A stretch of 64,000 bases of DNA from an uncultured cyanobacterium (GTDB lineage Bacteria; Cyanobacteriota; Cyanobacteriia; Cyanobacteriales; CAWUOF01), in assembly GCA_963744145.1 (NCBI GenBank), contig CAVUSO010000001.1, positions 4,320,001 to 4,384,000 on the forward strand. Reading direction: 5' to 3'. The notes beneath the pieces are model-generated. The model saw only the letters and a list, made by a program, of their open reading frames with translations, had not been told where the DNA came from and searched no databases. Made by a program: the position numbers and the translations under genes. Below are positions 23,601 to 32,796 of this stretch, one piece after another. Each line of letters begins with the position of its first letter. Position 1 is the first letter of the stretch.

Positions 23601-24002
23601 ATGAGTTATTTATTAGATACTAATATTGTTTCTTTTGCGATTCGGCGAAATTCTCAAGTCCTTCAAAATATTAAAAAAGTTGAAACTGAAGAAAATATCT
23701 TCATTAGTTGCATTACCTATTTTGAAATTAAGCGAGGATTTTTAGCGGTTGATGCTCCTAAACAAAAGGCAAGATTTGAAGAATTTTGTCAAATTTATCC
23801 GATTATTTTATTAGATGATTTAGAAATTTTAGAAAAAGCATCCGAAATTTATGCTAATCTGAGATTAAGAGGTTTGCCGATCCAAACTGAAGATATTTTA
23901 ATTGCTGCTACTGCTATAGTTAAAGGTTTAATTATGGTTTCTAATGATACAGATTTAGTAAGAATTGAAGGTTTAAATTTAGAAAATTGGGCTCAATTAT
24001 AA
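23601..24002 (+). CDS. vapC: VapC/PIN-domain toxin
   Basis: YLLDTNI, ITYFEI, DILIAATA, SNDTD. Confidence 0.9.
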   Translation: MSYLLDTNIVSFAIRRNSQVLQNIKKVETEENIFISCITYFEIKRGFLAVDAPKQKARFEEFCQIYPIILLDDLEILEKASEIYANLRLRGLPIQTEDILIAATAIVKGLIMVSNDTDLVRIEGLNLENWAQL

Positions 24003-24060
24003 AGCGATCGCACCGGATGATATGGTTGATGAAAAATCGAGGATTGATGGAAGCTAAGAT

Positions 24061-24552
24061 GTGGTGAGTAGAAATTCGTATCTATTAATTATAATCGGAT
24101 TAATTATAAGTGGCTGTAATTCATATTTGAATCAACCACCTTTATTAGGTGGTGGTCTGAATAGTCGGACACCAGATGAATATCCTTCTTTTAGTGCGGA
24201 TGGTCGCTATTTAGCTTTTGCATCCGATCGCAATATGACTCGGAGTATTTATTTATATGATTTGCAACAACATAGTCTGATCCCTTTACCAAACTTAAAT
24301 CGCGTTGATTCTAGTCAAGATCAACCTGCGCTTAGTGCAGATGGTCGGTTTATTGCTTATGTTTCCACTGAACGTGGTAAAACTGATATATTTAGATACG
24401 ATCGGTTTACGAAAACATCCCAATTACTAACTTATAATATTCGGAATTCAGTCCGACATCCGACTATTACAGGAGATGGAAATTTGGTATCATTTGAATC
24501 GAACCGTTCTGGTCAATGGCACATTGAAATTATCGATCTTCGGGGTAAATAA
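24061..24552 (+). CDS. TolB-like PD40-repeat lipoprotein
   Basis: ISGC lipobox; PSFSADGRYLAF, PALSADGRFIAY. Confidence 0.85.
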   Translation: MVSRNSYLLIIIGLIISGCNSYLNQPPLLGGGLNSRTPDEYPSFSADGRYLAFASDRNMTRSIYLYDLQQHSLIPLPNLNRVDSSQDQPALSADGRFIAYVSTERGKTDIFRYDRFTKTSQLLTYNIRNSVRHPTITGDGNLVSFESNRSGQWHIEIIDLRGK

Positions 24553-24604
24553 AAATTAAACAGCAAACCAAGAATAGTTTGCTGCTCTTTTTAATTGCAG
24601 GTTT

Positions 24605-25822
24605 TTATTGACTTGATTCTAGTTGTTCGATCGACTCAATCAGCGATCGGATTGTAGCAGTACCTTCAGAACTTTCAAAGTGAAAAGGTAATTTACCCCG
24701 CATCAACATTCTTAATCCCAATGGTCCTAATTTAGCAAGTTTCATCCAACCTTCTAAGGAATGATTAAATAAGCGGAGAGCAAATTCACGCTCATTAATC
24801 CAACCTCCTTTTTTGACCAAGTCTACCAATAACTTACGATGACGAATCGGTTGACTGGTAGATTCATCCTTACGAGTGAGGATTTCTTGTTTAATTTTGC
24901 TAATTTGATCCATTGGTGCTACTTCCATTGGACAAACACTATTACAGTAAAAACAACGAGTACAACCCCAAACACCTCTGGTATCTTGATTATATTTTTC
25001 TAACCGATTTTCAGTTTGCCGATCGCGCGAGTCTGCTACCATGCGATAAGCTTTAGCCAAAGCATGGGGACCGACAAAACCTGGATTTACCTTTACTGCA
25101 TTACATTCAGAGTAACAAGCTCCACATAATATACAATTACCAGTCTGATCCAACTCCGATCGCTCGTTTGGGGTTTGTAAAAATTCGCGATCGGGAATTT
25201 TCCTAGCACCTGTTGAGACATAAGGATCAACTGCTTCCAGATTTTGCCAAAAACCAGTCATATCTACCACCAGATCCTTAATTACGGGCATATTGCCCAT
25301 CGGTGCTATAATAATTTCTGGAATTGACTCGATCGCGGTTGAAGTTGGGGTCAAATTGACTACTGATGTGGCGATCTGCTGTAGACGTGCTAATTCACTA
25401 CCCACATTTTCCTTACAAGCTAGAGCAGAACGACCATTTATTACCATTGCACAGCTACCGCAAATGGTATTGCGACAATTTTTCCGAAAAGCTAAAGTAC
25501 CATCTTGTTCCCATTTAATTCGATTGAGACAATCCAGGATGGTATTTCCAGGATCGACATCTAGAGTGTATGCTTGTTCCCTAGCTGTATCCTGAGCGGA
25601 GTCGAAGGTTGTACCCTGAGCGGAGTCGAAGGTTGTACCCTGAGCGGAGTCGAAGGTTGTACCCTGAGCGGAGTCGAAGGTTGTACCCTGAGCGGAGTCG
25701 AAGGTTGTACCCTGAGCGGAGTCGAAGGTTGTACCCTGAGCGGAGTCGAAGGTTGTACCCTGAGCGGAGTCGAAGGGGGGAGTATTCTCTGGCGATCGCC
25801 TGATTTTAACAATGATTTTCAT
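24605..25822 (-). CDS. sdhB: succinate dehydrogenase/fumarate reductase iron-sulfur subunit with in-frame repeat insertion
   Basis: CRNTICGSCA, CILCGACYSEC and CTRCFYCNSVCP motifs. Confidence 0.93.
   Translation of the reverse strand: MKIIVKIRRSPENTPPFDSAQGTTFDSAQGTTFDSAQGTTFDSAQGTTFDSAQGTTFDSAQGTTFDSAQGTTFDSAQDTAREQAYTLDVDPGNTILDCLNRIKWEQDGTLAFRKNCRNTICGSCAMVINGRSALACKENVGSELARLQQIATSVVNLTPTSTAIESIPEIIIAPMGNMPVIKDLVVDMTGFWQNLEAVDPYVSTGARKIPDREFLQTPNERSELDQTGNCILCGACYSECNAVKVNPGFVGPHALAKAYRMVADSRDRQTENRLEKYNQDTRGVWGCTRCFYCNSVCPMEVAPMDQISKIKQEILTRKDESTSQPIRHRKLLVDLVKKGGWINEREFALRLFNHSLEGWMKLAKLGPLGLRMLMRGKLPFHFESSEGTATIRSLIESIEQLESSQ
25586..25776. repeat. 8 x 24-bp tandem repeat CCTGAGCGGAGTCGAAGGTTGTAC inside sdhB
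   Basis: Period 24 from 25591 to 25759; encodes (FDSAQGTT)n. Confidence 0.97.
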
Positions 25823-25940
25823 TTTTGATCCTAAAAAAATAAAATAAGCTATTTTGCTGTAATCGCATTGATCGGATAACCTGTTCAGATATAATAACAA
25901 TTTATGGCGATCGGTTAAAGTCGCTTGTGAGTGATCTGTG

Positions 25941-26058
25941 TTGGTTGGGCAGGTTTATGATAGTTATCTGTTTGGATCAGAATTAATTGGTGAACCTGCC
26001 CCTACAAATCCTGGTTCATTGTGAGCATAAATTCATTCACCTGCCCTTACAAATCCTG
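25941..26058. repeat. long-loop GTAG REP element plus partial second copy
   Basis: GGGCAGGTT...AACCTGCCCCTAC; reverse complement of 30461-30538. Confidence 0.85.
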
Positions 26059-26311
26059 TTAATCTTGTAATCCTCTCATCCTGATCGATTTTTTGGTGAA
26101 TCCCTGTAGGGTTACCGCTGAATTTGCTACACACAAATAACCGCATATCCGTCCCACTCCAAGAATTTTGCTGTATGGCTGAATTATCTAGGCTCGCGAT
26201 CGCTAGATGGCTCGGATATGTTTTAGGTGTCTTTTGGTCTGTTTTTCTCAATAATTGGTAAACTTTTCAGTGTAGCGATCGCATATCGAAAATTATTAAT
26301 ATTGTAAGTAT

Positions 26312-27103
26312 ATGAGCATTCAGGAAAAATTCAAAACTGTATGTGCTTTGAAAATATTTGAACCAGGTTATGAAAAGCCGTGGTTAACAGACCCTAATAA
26401 ATGTGATCAGATCCAAAATAAGCTTTCCTATTTTAATCCTAACCATAGCAATAGTTCAGAACATATTGATCAAGTTTATAAAGCGTTAACTAGAGGAGTT
26501 GGTCTAGTTGAAGCAGGGATAGAATGGGAAAATCCCGCAATTGGTGAAAAACCTAGACCCCGAAATAAAAGTAGTATCCTTGATGAAAGCAATATAGTTG
26601 ATGAAAATACGACAACTGGTAAAGAAAAGTCTCGGCGAACTGATACTGATAAATACCGAGGTATTCAATGGAAACTGGTAATCGTTTATGTTGGCTTTGA
26701 GATTATATCCAAAACATTAATGATGGATAAGTTTAATCGGACAGTTCCACCAGGAATGTATGAGCAATTCCTTGAAAAATGCGCTCTGCCTGATTACAAA
26801 CCAATAGCCGCGCCAGAGAAAAAAAGCCTTACTAAATGGCTTGATAAAGAAGATGGAGCGTTGGCAGAATTTTTGGGGATAGGGGCGGGAGATAAGAAAG
26901 CTATTGATCGATGGTTAGTTGAATCAAAACCTGTAGATTCCTGGGAACAAGCATACAAGCTAGCAAAAGCCATGAGAAATGCTTCTGCACATGGATTTCT
27001 ACTACCAAGTAGGATTGGTAAATGGGGATTAAAACATGGATTTCGTAAGTTAACTGATGATTTAGCACTAATTGTTACTGAAGGACTGAGTAAGATTACT
27101 TAA
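26312..27103 (+). CDS. putative HEPN-domain protein
   Basis: ExxxK (FEIISK) and RxxxxH (MRNASAHG) motifs in a helical protein. Confidence 0.6.
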   Translation: MSIQEKFKTVCALKIFEPGYEKPWLTDPNKCDQIQNKLSYFNPNHSNSSEHIDQVYKALTRGVGLVEAGIEWENPAIGEKPRPRNKSSILDESNIVDENTTTGKEKSRRTDTDKYRGIQWKLVIVYVGFEIISKTLMMDKFNRTVPPGMYEQFLEKCALPDYKPIAAPEKKSLTKWLDKEDGALAEFLGIGAGDKKAIDRWLVESKPVDSWEQAYKLAKAMRNASAHGFLLPSRIGKWGLKHGFRKLTDDLALIVTEGLSKIT

Positions 27104-27145
27104 TTAGTCTTTTGAATTTTGTCTAAATTGATTTTGTCAAAGGTA

Positions 27146-27175
27146 TTGACAAGTAGTTGTGATTCAGCATATTAT
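27146..27175 (+). promoter_or_regulatory. sigma70-type promoter with overlapping palindrome
   Basis: TTGACA-N18-TATTAT; TTGTCAA-AGGTA-TTGACAA inverted repeat over the -35. Confidence 0.55.
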
Positions 27176-27177
27176 TA

Positions 27178-27716
27178 AGTTGATAAATACACAAAGAGCT
27201 GAAGACCGCAAATTTTCGCGCTTCTTGTGTATTTTTCAACTTTTGTGGCTAAATTAATAAGATTGCAAGTCCAAACACAGATAGTTGGTATCCGGCGCAT
27301 CAAATCAGGGTATTGACAATCTTGACGGTTGGTTGTAAAGTAGGTTCAATGTTTATTTGTCATTAGGCAATTGATTGAAAAAGCCCTAGTTTTCATTGCC
27401 ATTGCACAAATACAGCATATTCCTGATTGATGAAGTACACTCTGGAAGTGAAGATCACCTATTTTTAGTGCTATCTAGTGTACTTTTTTGAGCAAATATG
27501 CTGCATACAGAGACTCTGAAGGCAGCGAATTTACGCTCTTCAGCAGGTTCAATTAGGTGCAATTGGCTCAGAAAACCCTCGTTTTCACGGCTATTGTATA
27601 AGTACACAAAGAGCTGAAGACCGCAAGTTTTCGCGCTTCTTGTGTACTATCCAATATTTGTCGCTAAATTAATAAGGTTGTGAGTCCAAACGCAGACAGT
27701 TGGTATCCAACGCAAA
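27178..27716 (+). ncRNA. putative structured ncRNA cluster (repeated hairpins)
   Basis: About 105-bp direct repeat (27188-27293 / 27603-27708) plus diverged hairpins with compensatory changes; no convincing ORF. Confidence 0.5.
27313..27341 (+). promoter_or_regulatory. second sigma70-type promoter inside the hairpin cluster
   Basis: TTGACA-N17-TAAAGT. Confidence 0.5.
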
Positions 27717-27849
27717 AAGCAGGAGCTTAGTCAATACCCATACCATCAACCTATAATGAAAGATGTTCCATGTAGCGTAAGCTAATATTTGGTAGATTTT
27801 ATGTCTTAAATACTTGTCTCTATTTATCCAAAAAAAAAGGAGCATTATT

Positions 27850-28212
27850 ATGGATGAAGTAGTAAAAAAAATAGCCGCTATTGGTCTACCAGGTATCATC
27901 TTTGTAATCACAATGGCCACCACAGGTTTAGGTGGAGCAGCTGCAATTACCAAAGCCTTATATCTATTAGGTCCTGGTGGGATGATTGGCGGTATTGTTT
28001 TTCTGGGAATAATCGGATTAGTTTCGGATACTTTGACTAAATATGGGTTGACAGAATTTCTGAAAGCCGTATATGTAGAAAGGTTAGCAAAAGGCGAATC
28101 TGCGGTAGATTTATGCAAAGAGATTGATTATTTGTTTATTACTAATGAGCTTAAGCTAGTGCTTAAAGACCATTTGTCTACTATTACTAATCAAGGAAAC
28201 AGAATCATGTAA
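27850..28212 (+). CDS. small Gly-rich membrane protein
   Basis: AAGGAG RBS before ATG; GLPG...GPGGMIGG hydrophobic segments. Confidence 0.75.
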   Translation: MDEVVKKIAAIGLPGIIFVITMATTGLGGAAAITKALYLLGPGGMIGGIVFLGIIGLVSDTLTKYGLTEFLKAVYVERLAKGESAVDLCKEIDYLFITNELKLVLKDHLSTITNQGNRIM

Positions 28213-28248
28213 TCGCACTCTTCCAGCAAAAATGACCGTTGATTTTTT

Positions 28249-28363
28249 GGCGTTGCTTAATCAGGGTATGAAAATCCTGTAGGGGCGCAAGAGCCATGCG
28301 CCCTGGGAGCAAGAGCCATACGCCCCTACAAATTATTTATTCATACCGTAAATCAGCAACGCC
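28249..28363. mobile_element. MITE-like element with internal REP
   Basis: TIRs GGCGTTGCT..GGTATGAA / TTCATACC..AGCAACGCC enclosing GTAGGGGCG...CGCCCCTAC; right end repeated at 30406-30443. Confidence 0.8.
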
Positions 28364-28364
28364 C

Positions 28365-28454
28365 CAATTTGCTCATAAGGTCAAAAAGAGATATCAACTC
28401 AAACTAATTGTTTACGAACCGTTAACTGAGGAGATTGTGCAATGGATAAATTAG
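28365..28454 (+). pseudogene. xisH: 3' remnant of xisH
   Basis: QFAHKVKKRYQLKLIVYEPLTEEIVQWIN*, overlapping the xisI start. Confidence 0.75.
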
Positions 28455-28777
28455 AGCATTATAGAATCTGTATCCAAGCCATCTTAGAACAGCATAGCCA
28501 ATATAAATCCAATGACGAAAATATCGAAAGCGCACTTTTTTTTGATCCAATACGCGATCACTACCAATTGATGCGGATCGGCTGGAAAGGCTTAAAGAGA
28601 ATCTATTACACTATCCTACATTTCGATATCAAAGAGGGCAAAATTTGGCTTCAGCAAAATACCACTGATAGCGATGTAGGTGAAGAACTATTGGCAATGG
28701 GTATTCCCAAAGAAGATATTATTCTGGGTTTACATCCTCCCTACAAGCGTCCTTATACCAAATATGGTGTTGCTTAA
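28442..28777 (+). CDS. xisI: XisI family protein
   Basis: DHYQLMRIGW, HFDIKEGKIWLQQNTTD, GIPKEDIILGLHPP. Confidence 0.93.
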   Translation: MDKLEHYRICIQAILEQHSQYKSNDENIESALFFDPIRDHYQLMRIGWKGLKRIYYTILHFDIKEGKIWLQQNTTDSDVGEELLAMGIPKEDIILGLHPPYKRPYTKYGVA

Positions 28778-28889
28778 AACCTCATGAACGATGTTCTCAC
28801 AGGTAAATTGATCTAGCCAATAATTCCCGATCGCATTTTTTGCTACTATCAAAAACCAATTAAAAATACAATAACAGGAGATTTTTATT

Positions 28890-29459
28890 ATGTCTCTGAT
28901 GACAGTTAAAGACTTAGAGCAAGTTCAAAGTACACTCTCTGAGGCGGGTTTAGATTATCAATTAGAATTAGAAAATGGGAGAATTCAAATTGTGGGGCCA
29001 TCAGATATCGTATCTAGCGAAATTGGGATTCGTCTCAGTGCTTTTCTGTTTGCCTGGGTCAATCCTCGCCGTCTCGGTCGAGTATTTGACTCCGCAGGTG
29101 GTTTTATGATGCCCGATACCAATCTGAAAGCCCCCGATGTTTCTTTCGTGCGAGCATCCCGTCTGCGCCAAAGTGTGCGTTACTTTGCCGAATTGGTGCC
29201 GGATTTGGTGGTGGAAATCAAATCTCAAAGCGATCGCGTCAAGTCTATAGAAAAGAAAATTCGGAAATTTTTAGAATTGGGAGCTACAGTCGGTATTCTC
29301 ATCGATCCGGATGAGTTAACTGTTACTGTTTATCGCGATCGCAGCGAACCGCTTGTGCTAGAAAATGAAGATATCTTAACAGTTCCAGAACTTTTCCCTG
29401 GTTGGGAATTACCTCTTAAGGAACTGTGGCCCCCTGTTTTTACCGAAGACGAAGTTTAA
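28890..29459 (+). CDS. Uma2 (DUF820) family endonuclease
   Basis: APDVSF, PDLVVEIKS, LIDP, LFPGW. Confidence 0.92.
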   Translation: MSLMTVKDLEQVQSTLSEAGLDYQLELENGRIQIVGPSDIVSSEIGIRLSAFLFAWVNPRRLGRVFDSAGGFMMPDTNLKAPDVSFVRASRLRQSVRYFAELVPDLVVEIKSQSDRVKSIEKKIRKFLELGATVGILIDPDELTVTVYRDRSEPLVLENEDILTVPELFPGWELPLKELWPPVFTEDEV

Positions 29460-29685
29460 AGAAATAACTTGGCTGTGTATTTAACTAATTTTTATTATTC
29501 CAAAACTAACCAGGATTTAGATAACCCATTACGCGATCCGCTAAACACTGGAAGTTTGCCCGATTATACAGTAAAATGAATACGCGAGTTTTCTGAAATA
29601 CCCACAATGCCCAGAAAAGTAATGACTGAACCGCATCCGTCAGAGTACAATCTAATGGTTAGTTAGACCCCATTCAAGCAATAGG

Positions 29686-30279
29686 ATGGTAAGAAAAATG
29701 ATCGCAGTAGCAACAGCAACGATAGCAACAGAACCAACAAGAAAGAAATTCACGGTAGAGGAATATTACAAGCTGGGTGAAGTTGGGATAATTGGACCTG
29801 ATGAACGGACGGAATTAATTGATGGGGATATCATTCTTATGTCACCGATGGGACGTCGTCATTTTGGTTTTTTAATTCGACTGAATAGAATTTTTTCCAA
29901 GCTTTTTAATGATCGTGCTTTAGTAGCGATACAAGGTCCAGTCAGACTAAACGGAGAATTACAACCAGAACCCGATCTATTAATTTTGAAACCTTGTGGA
30001 GATGATTACATAGAATCAGATATCCAAATCCAAGACATTTATTTACTAATTGAAGTAGCGGATACCACTATTAACCATGACCGCAATGTGAAGTCAGTCC
30101 TATATGGCAGAGCTGGGATTATTGAGCTTTGGATTGTAGATATAAATGCTGAATTAGTAGAGGTGTATCGCAATCCTGGTCCGAACGGTTATGAAAGTAT
30201 CCAACAATTCAGACGCGGCGAAAGTATCTCACCCCTGGCATTTCCAGATTTAGTAATTAGTGTTGACGATATTTTGTAG
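29686..30279 (+). CDS. Uma2 (DUF820) family endonuclease
   Basis: FTVEEYYKL, ELIDG, PEPD, LIEVADT, YGRAGIIELWIVD. Confidence 0.92.
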   Translation: MVRKMIAVATATIATEPTRKKFTVEEYYKLGEVGIIGPDERTELIDGDIILMSPMGRRHFGFLIRLNRIFSKLFNDRALVAIQGPVRLNGELQPEPDLLILKPCGDDYIESDIQIQDIYLLIEVADTTINHDRNVKSVLYGRAGIIELWIVDINAELVEVYRNPGPNGYESIQQFRRGESISPLAFPDLVISVDDIL

Positions 30280-30460
30280 ACCAATAGTTTCGATTACTAA
30301 TCAACCGGATTCAATCGCATTTAATTTAGTTACTTCACTTCGTCTCAAACCGTTATCCCATAAGAGTCTCAGAATAGCGTAGTCGCGTTGACCAGGTACA
30401 GTATCGCCTACAAATTTATTCATACCATAAATCAGCAACGCCGAATTTATGATGACAATC

Positions 30461-30538
30461 AACCAGGATTTGTAGGGGCAGGTTCACCAATCAATTCTGA
30501 TTCAAACAGATCACGATCATAAACCTGCCCAACCAAAC
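30461..30538. repeat. long-loop GTAG REP element
   Basis: GTAGGGGCAGGTT...AACCTGCCC; matches 25941-26017 inverted. Confidence 0.85.
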
Positions 30539-30554
30539 GAGATAACTTCATCAA

Positions 30555-30716
30555 CGTGGAATCCGCTGTATCTGGTGGGTTTCGTCGGAATCGGTTTCTG
30601 GTTTCTGTTGCTGACGCATCCGGTAATTGGGTTTGGATTGCATCAATGATAATGCTTTGCTCAAATTTTTTGAAATCGCGTAAATCTTGAACTGCTTCAG
30701 GCGTAAGGTCACACAA
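30555..30716 (-). pseudogene. truncated RelE/ParE-like toxin fragment
   Basis: LTPEAVQDLRDFKKFEQ...ETRNR; reading runs into a REP and lacks the C-terminal half. Confidence 0.55.
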
Positions 30717-30827
30717 ATAGTTGAGGATATTCTAACAGAATGCGGTCAGGTTGACAAAAAGATCGGCAGCGCACCTTTTTTTGAGTTAGTACGCGATCGC
30801 TACCAACTGATGCAGATTGACGAGAAA

Positions 30828-30915
30828 GTTACTATTACGTCGCCAGGCAAGTGACCACACGGAAGTATCAACAATAACCTTCATAATACTTGTCTTTGTT
30901 TCTTATAATCATTAA
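30828..30915 (-). pseudogene. vapB-end/vapC-start junction remnant
   Basis: ...DYKKQRQVL* overlapping MKVIVDTSVWSLAWRRN (ATG at 30884). Confidence 0.6.
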
Positions 30916-31169
30916 TTTCTGAGCTGCGTCACGATAATCATGGCAGTGACCAAACGCGATCAACCATGCCATTGTCAAATAAATTTAAACCTTTGTTCCT
31001 GCTGTATCCCCTTAGCACCAGCGATCGCCCCAGCACTATCAAGCCGCAATAATCACAGAAATCGGGTCCATAATTCATCCTCACTCATTTTTAACAGGGG
31101 AAAATATTGGTCTTACTGCGGATTGCCATTACATATACCACAAAGTTAATATAATGAGATCATGAGATC

Positions 31170-31434
31170 GTAAATTGATCTAGCCAATAATTCCTGATCG
31201 GGTTTTTTGCTACTATCCAAAACCAACTAAAAATACAATAACAGGAAATTTTTATCATGTCTGAAGATGACAGTTAAAGACTTAGAGCAAGTTTCATTAT
31301 ACCCGATCCCAACCTGAAAGCCCGAGATGTTTCTTTCGTGCGAGCGTCCCGTCTGCGACAAAGTGTGCGTTACTTTGCCGAATTGGTGCCGGATTTGGTG
31401 GTGAAAATCAAATCTCAAAGCGATCGCCTCAAGT
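31170..31434 (+). pseudogene. deleted duplicate of the 28890 Uma2 gene and its upstream region
   Basis: Matches 28803-28925 joined to about 29112-29243. Confidence 0.88.
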
Positions 31435-31465
31435 TAAATGTAAAGATTGCTATTCTACGAATCGT

Positions 31466-32476
31466 TTGCAGGAAAAAAGAATAATGAGCAATTTTGCTGG
31501 GATAAGTTCAAAAGCGACCAATGAACTCTCGTGTTTTCTTCCTAATGATCTTGGAGATTTGAGTGATATTCAAAGAGCAATTCCTCGTATTGCTAAAGAT
31601 GAAAGGATTACTAGCCAGATAGAGCAATCTCTCCCTCAGATTCCAAGTAAACACGCTCTTTATCTGGGTGATGCCCGTGAAATGTCAGTGATTAGACCTC
31701 AGAGCGTTCACTTAGTATTGACATCACCACCATACTGGACACTCAAAGCATACAACAAGGTGAATGGGCAACTTGGCTACATTGACAGCTACGAAAACTT
31801 TCTTGATGAACTTGATAAGGTTTGGCAAAGATGTTTTGAGGTTTTAGTACCCGGTGGTCGGTTGATTTGCGTGGTAGGGGATGTCTGTCTTTCTAGAAGA
31901 AAAAATGGTGGACGACATACTGTAGTGCCACTCCATGCCTCGATCCAAGAGCATTGTCGCTCGATCGGTTTTGATAATCTTGCCCCAATCATTTGGCACA
32001 AAATCGCTAATATATCACTTGAGTCCGAGGGAAATGGGGCGTCTTTCCTGGGCAAGCCCTATGAGCCAAATGGTGTTGTCAAAAACGATATAGAGTTTAT
32101 ACTTATGCAACGCAAGCCAGGAGGCTATCGAACACCAGATTTAACCACAAAAATTCTCAGCATTATTCCTGAAAGATATCATCGTCAATGGTTCCAGCAG
32201 ATTTGGAGTGGTATTACTGGTGCCTCAACCAGGTATCATCCTGCGCCCTACCCCTTAGAGCTTGCCTCAAGGTTGATCCGGATGTTCTCATTTGTTGGCG
32301 ATACTGTACTTGACCCTTTTTTTGGCACAGGAACAACAACATTGGCAGCAGCTAACTGTGGTCGAAATAGCATTGGCTATGAAATAGACGAAAGTTATTT
32401 AACTTACGCCCATGAACGCATTGCTACACAAGTAACAAGCTTGTTCAATCAGTCTGTTGTTTCTCTGTATAATTAA
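31466..32476 (+). CDS. beta-class N4-cytosine/N6-adenine DNA methyltransferase
   Basis: TSPPY precedes DPFFGTGTT; HPAPYP. Start may be the ATG at 31484. Confidence 0.92.
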   Translation: MQEKRIMSNFAGISSKATNELSCFLPNDLGDLSDIQRAIPRIAKDERITSQIEQSLPQIPSKHALYLGDAREMSVIRPQSVHLVLTSPPYWTLKAYNKVNGQLGYIDSYENFLDELDKVWQRCFEVLVPGGRLICVVGDVCLSRRKNGGRHTVVPLHASIQEHCRSIGFDNLAPIIWHKIANISLESEGNGASFLGKPYEPNGVVKNDIEFILMQRKPGGYRTPDLTTKILSIIPERYHRQWFQQIWSGITGASTRYHPAPYPLELASRLIRMFSFVGDTVLDPFFGTGTTTLAAANCGRNSIGYEIDESYLTYAHERIATQVTSLFNQSVVSLYN

Positions 32477-32796
32477 AGGCTCTATGAGCGATATACTTAA
32501 TAATCTCAACCAGCAACTGCTATTGGTGTAGCTCAAATGCAACCATCTGAACCGTTAGAACCTCCGCAGATTGAGGTTGGGTTACAGATAGAAGAACTGA
32601 TGGAAGATGGTGAAAGTAGCAATGGCTAAAGATAAAATGTTAACTGAAAAAAAGTCTAAAACTATTCAAGAACTCACAATACTTAAAATTACTTTAATCT
32701 GGCGATCGCACAGAAGATTTACCAGATCGGCTATTTTGATGTACCAATGCGATCGCACAAGTGCCGATTCGCAATTCAGAGTCAATGAACATTTTC

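Noticed and set aside
25586..25776. CRISPR array interpretation of the 24-bp repeat, and its alternative-frame ORFs
   Set aside because: Head-to-tail identical units with no unique spacers and no cas genes. The extra ORFs arise because the repeat has no stop codons.
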